Shown in pieces: positions 60,664 through 64,000 of a stretch of 64,000 bases of DNA. The stretch's first letter is position 1, and each line of letters opens with the position of its first letter. Made by a program: the position numbers and the translations under genes. Source of the stretch: Thalia democratica (Eukaryota); contig OZ241826.1 of NCBI GenBank assembly GCA_965202585.1, positions 74,586,001-74,650,000 of the forward strand, given 5' to 3'. The notes under the pieces are model-generated. The model saw nothing but the letters and a program-made list of their open reading frames with translations. It made no database searches and was not told the DNA's origin.

Positions 60664-61108
60664 TCTTTTCAGCAAAAAAGTTAAACAATAAAAAACATTA
60701 TAATAAGTAAAAAGTAAATACTTTTCGATTTTCTTGAAGTATAACAGTTTTTATATATAGTACTCACAAAATGGTTATTATCGTGACCTACTTAATTAAG
60801 TTATCGTTGTTTTGTGATAAAAATAGAATCTCGATTTTAAATATGTTTCAACTTAATGTTGCTAAATTTAAATAAAAAAATATTAGTCGATTTCTTGAAG
60901 TTTATAACTTTGGAAATACTTATTACAAAAGATATACTACAACATTTACTTTTTGTATCGGCAAAATTTTAAGATTTTAAATAACTTGTGTTTTTTAGAA
61001 AATAAGGTAATATTTAAGTTTTTAGTATACTTCACTAGGTGAAAAACTTTTCTATTCGGCGGACCAGATTTACCAGAAAAACTCTTCGCTGGTCGGACTT
61101 GTTTAACA
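60664..61108 (+). repeat. 445-bp direct repeat, copy 1
   Basis: 13 substitutions and no indels versus 62589-63033 (about 97% identity), counted by eye. Confidence 0.95.
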
Positions 61109-61230
61109 AATAAGATTAACGGGTAGCACAAGTATAAAAAAAAAAATTAAAAAAAGTATATAAAGATATATATGAAGAGAAAAAATACAATGAAATAATC
61201 ACTGTTCTGGAAGAGACGTTAAAGTATATC

Positions 61231-61680
61231 CAAGTGTTGTGCGACTTGATAACCGAAAGCTTTTTTCGTGCACAAGGTCTTAGGACTGATTACTTTGAGG
61301 CGTCTTATTTTTGTCGTTCAACAAACATTACTAAACTTAAAAACCCACTACTGTCAAGTAAAATTCACAAAAAAAACTACACACGCTCAAAGATTTCATT
61401 GGCGGACTAGATTCGGCCCACGGGTCGTTCTTACCGACTTATATACTGGATGGTAATAGTAAAGTTATTAGCATATATGCTAAAAACAAGGATTTTTGTA
61501 CTTTTAATATCTAAAAAATGTTTTAATTTAACAAAATCTTTTGTACGTAAAACTGAGCATAACGTAAAACTTTTAAGGATTATATTGTGTATGTTAATTA
61601 AAGGACAGAAAAAGACGCTCAATAAGTTTGGTCCAAGGACCTCGTGTATAGAAAAAAAAAATTGGTCATCGCATATATAT
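61231..61680. mobile_element. MITE with diverged TIR arms of about 100 bp, about 450 bp long
   Basis: The left arm (61231-61330) and the reverse complement of 61590-61675 align (gtgcgac..gataacc..ttttttc..cac.aggtc.t.ggac..ttga..gcgtctt). An internal Charlie-like end lies at 61400-61445. Confidence 0.6.
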
Positions 61681-61947
61681 ACTATAATTGTGAAAGTACA
61701 CTGGTAATGTATTTCACTATTGTTCATAAATGGAATTTAAAAATTACTATTAAAGTCACAATTTTCCTCTTTGATTTTTATATAGGACATTACTGTTTGC
61801 TAACTACTTTTTTAAACAACATTTCGTCAAATTTTGCTATTAAAAACAAACTAATATCACTCTAAGTACGAATAAAAATAATGCATAAATTATTTTGTGT
61901 ATAAATAAATCTAATAAAGTAAAGAAAATTTAGTTAAGTCTTTAAGA

Positions 61948-62010
61948 CAGGGTTACCAAAAGTTTTAAAAAAGATTCTGGATTTTTAAATTTCTTCCAGG
62001 CTTTTTAAAG
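61948..62010 (+). mobile_element. End fragment of the 5670-6013 hAT-like family
   Basis: cagggttaccaaaagtttta...ttcttccagg resembles the reverse complement of 5950-6013. Confidence 0.5.
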
Positions 62011-62588
62011 AACAAGTTTTTTGTTCCATTCTCTTAATAAAATTTGAAGTAGACAACTATATTAAAAAGTACAACAATATTGAAAAAATACTGTTAAGCT
62101 AATTTAAATGTGTCTTTTAAAAACTCTGTTAGGAGGTAACAAAACTAAATATTAAAACAAGATATACTAATTTTTTACTACATTAGTAGTTTAATACATA
62201 CTTATACAATTATGAACATTTTATTTGCTGAAAAGCTAGTTAAAAATAGTATAGAGGTTAACTAAAAATTTATTTTTGTTTAAAGCCCTTTTGAAGAACA
62301 AACCCTAGTATTTTTCAAAGCATTTTGTTGATATACTTATTTTACACTAAATAATTACTTGCAATATAACTTAATACAGGAGAACCATTGTTTTTTTTTT
62401 TGAGTTACTTAATTTTTTCTGAATTATTTTCAGAATTTATAAATTATATTGAATAAATACTTTACTCTTATCTTAACAGTACAAAAAAAAAAGATTAAAA
62501 ATAAACAAGGCTTTTACAAATTGTTTAAAAATACTAAAAAGAGGTACTAATTTTCAAGTGTGTTTTATTGTATTGTAAGCAAATTGTA

Positions 62589-63033
62589 TCTTTTCAGCAA
62601 AAAAGTTAAAAAATAAAAAACATTATAATAAGTATAAAGTAAATACTTTTAGATTTTCTTGAAGTATAACAGTTTTTATATATAGTACTCACAAAATGGT
62701 TATTATCGCCACCTAGTTAATTAAGTTATCGTGGTTTTGCGATAAAAATAGAATCTCGATTTTGAATATGTTTCAACTTAATGTTGCTAAATTTAAATAA
62801 AAAAATATTAGTCGATTTCTTGAAGTTTATAACTTTGGAAATACTTATTAGAAAAGATATACTACAACATTTACTTTTTGTATCGGCAAAATTTTAAGAT
62901 TTTAAATAACTTGTGTTTTTTAGAAAATAAGATAATATTTAAGTTTTTAGTATACTTTACTAGGTGAAAAACTTTTCTATTCGGCGGACCAGATTTACCT
63001 GAAAAACTCTTCGCTGGTCGGACTTGTTTAACA
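62589..63033 (+). repeat. 445-bp direct repeat, copy 2 (offset 1925 bp)
   Basis: Runs from tcttttcagcaaaaaagtt to gctggtcggacttgtttaaca in both copies. Confidence 0.95.
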
Positions 63034-64000
63034 CAAATTCGGACTTGCTGTTTTTAACGCAAATTCTTTGAAGTCCTTATGATAATATCTAATTAAAGAT
63101 CTATTGCTGATATAACTAAAGCTAACACCTTATTACAACTTAAAATGAGCTGTAAGCTTTTGCTTACTTTTAGAAATTTTTGAAAGAAATTAGCCCCTAA
63201 CTTTCCCTTTTTTAGAACTTAATTTACAACTCTGAAAAGAGGTAATTGCTCTCTGAATGTAATAATCATCACTTATCAAGTTTAATACATATCTGCCACT
63301 TTAAATGAAAACATTACTGTTCTGTTTCTCAACACGTAAGACTTGTTTATGCAAAAAATTGTTTTAGTTACATTTTGTAATAGTTGCTACGTTGTGGTAC
63401 TTTTACATCACCAGCTTTACACGCTTGTAATAACTAGCTTTGTTATACAATGATAAATCAGTTTTTTTCACTATTTCAATTTACTTTATCCTAATAATCT
63501 ATATGGTTTTCAAAAACGTACCCTTGACAGAAATTTAAACTATAATCGCCTCTATTTATTTATCGCCCTTTTACTGATTCCGATTTACTTTTTCACCGCG
63601 TTACTAACTAACGCCAACTGATAGCCAAGATGTTGACACTTTGAGAAACCCTGGTCTGAAGCAACATCATAACTTTATGTTTTTCATTTATAAATGTGAC
63701 GAGTAAAAACAGTAAGCTATGTGACTAAGTAAAAACAGGAATTTTTATGATTTACAATATTTCTACTAAAAACAAATGATTCTGATAGAAATATGAGTTA
63801 TAGACTAAAACTCAATTAACAATTTTAGACATAGAAAAAAAAGCCAAATGTTTTCATTAGCTTTTCAAACAAACGCTTCTAATACAGATATGTGTTAATC
63901 TGTTATACTGAAGTACTTTACTATACAAATGTTTTCATTAACTTTTCAAAGAAGAAATTCGAAAACCATGTTTTTTACTGAAATGATTAAATTTTTCATA

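Noticed and set aside
60664-63033. LTR retrotransposon or TRIM-type interpretation of the 445-bp repeats
   Set aside because: No shared TG start, PBS, polypurine tract, TSD or coding remnant.
63320-63655. Possible hAT MITE ending ttgagaaaccctg
   Set aside because: Only the right end is convincing; the left TIR and TSD were not identified.

Overview
Very AT-rich (about three-quarters A+T by eye) animal genomic DNA; a tunicate or other invertebrate chordate is my guess, not shown. Three spliced protein-coding genes were reconstructed with frame-consistent GT-AG junctions. (1) A small TRIM-type C3HC4 RING gene (+, 7417-9122, about 183 aa) with no recognisable B-box. (2) A Distal-less/Dlx homeobox gene (+, exons 16232-16321, 20332-20758, 31678-31856, 32505-33479, about 556 aa), surrounded by many GC/CpG-rich non-coding islands that look like enhancers. 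(3) An SLC16/MCT transporter gene (-, exons 55928-55700, 55257-55117, 55052-54279, 54056-53920, 426 aa). The rest holds non-autonomous DNA transposons (hAT-type MITEs, two foldback-like structures with modular arms), a frameshifted Penelope-like GIY-YIG relic (38348-39000) and a recent 445-bp direct duplication. The most notable observations are a 99-bp, 94%-identical non-coding module found both inside and downstream of Dlx; recurrent RFX, Su(H), Pbx-Hox-like and unassigned AGTCGCAGT motifs; an in-frame TGA 15 nt before the Dlx ATG within an acceptor-bearing exon; and inward-facing TIR arms bracketing RING exons 1-3. I cannot show from sequence alone that any of these is a new biological system.
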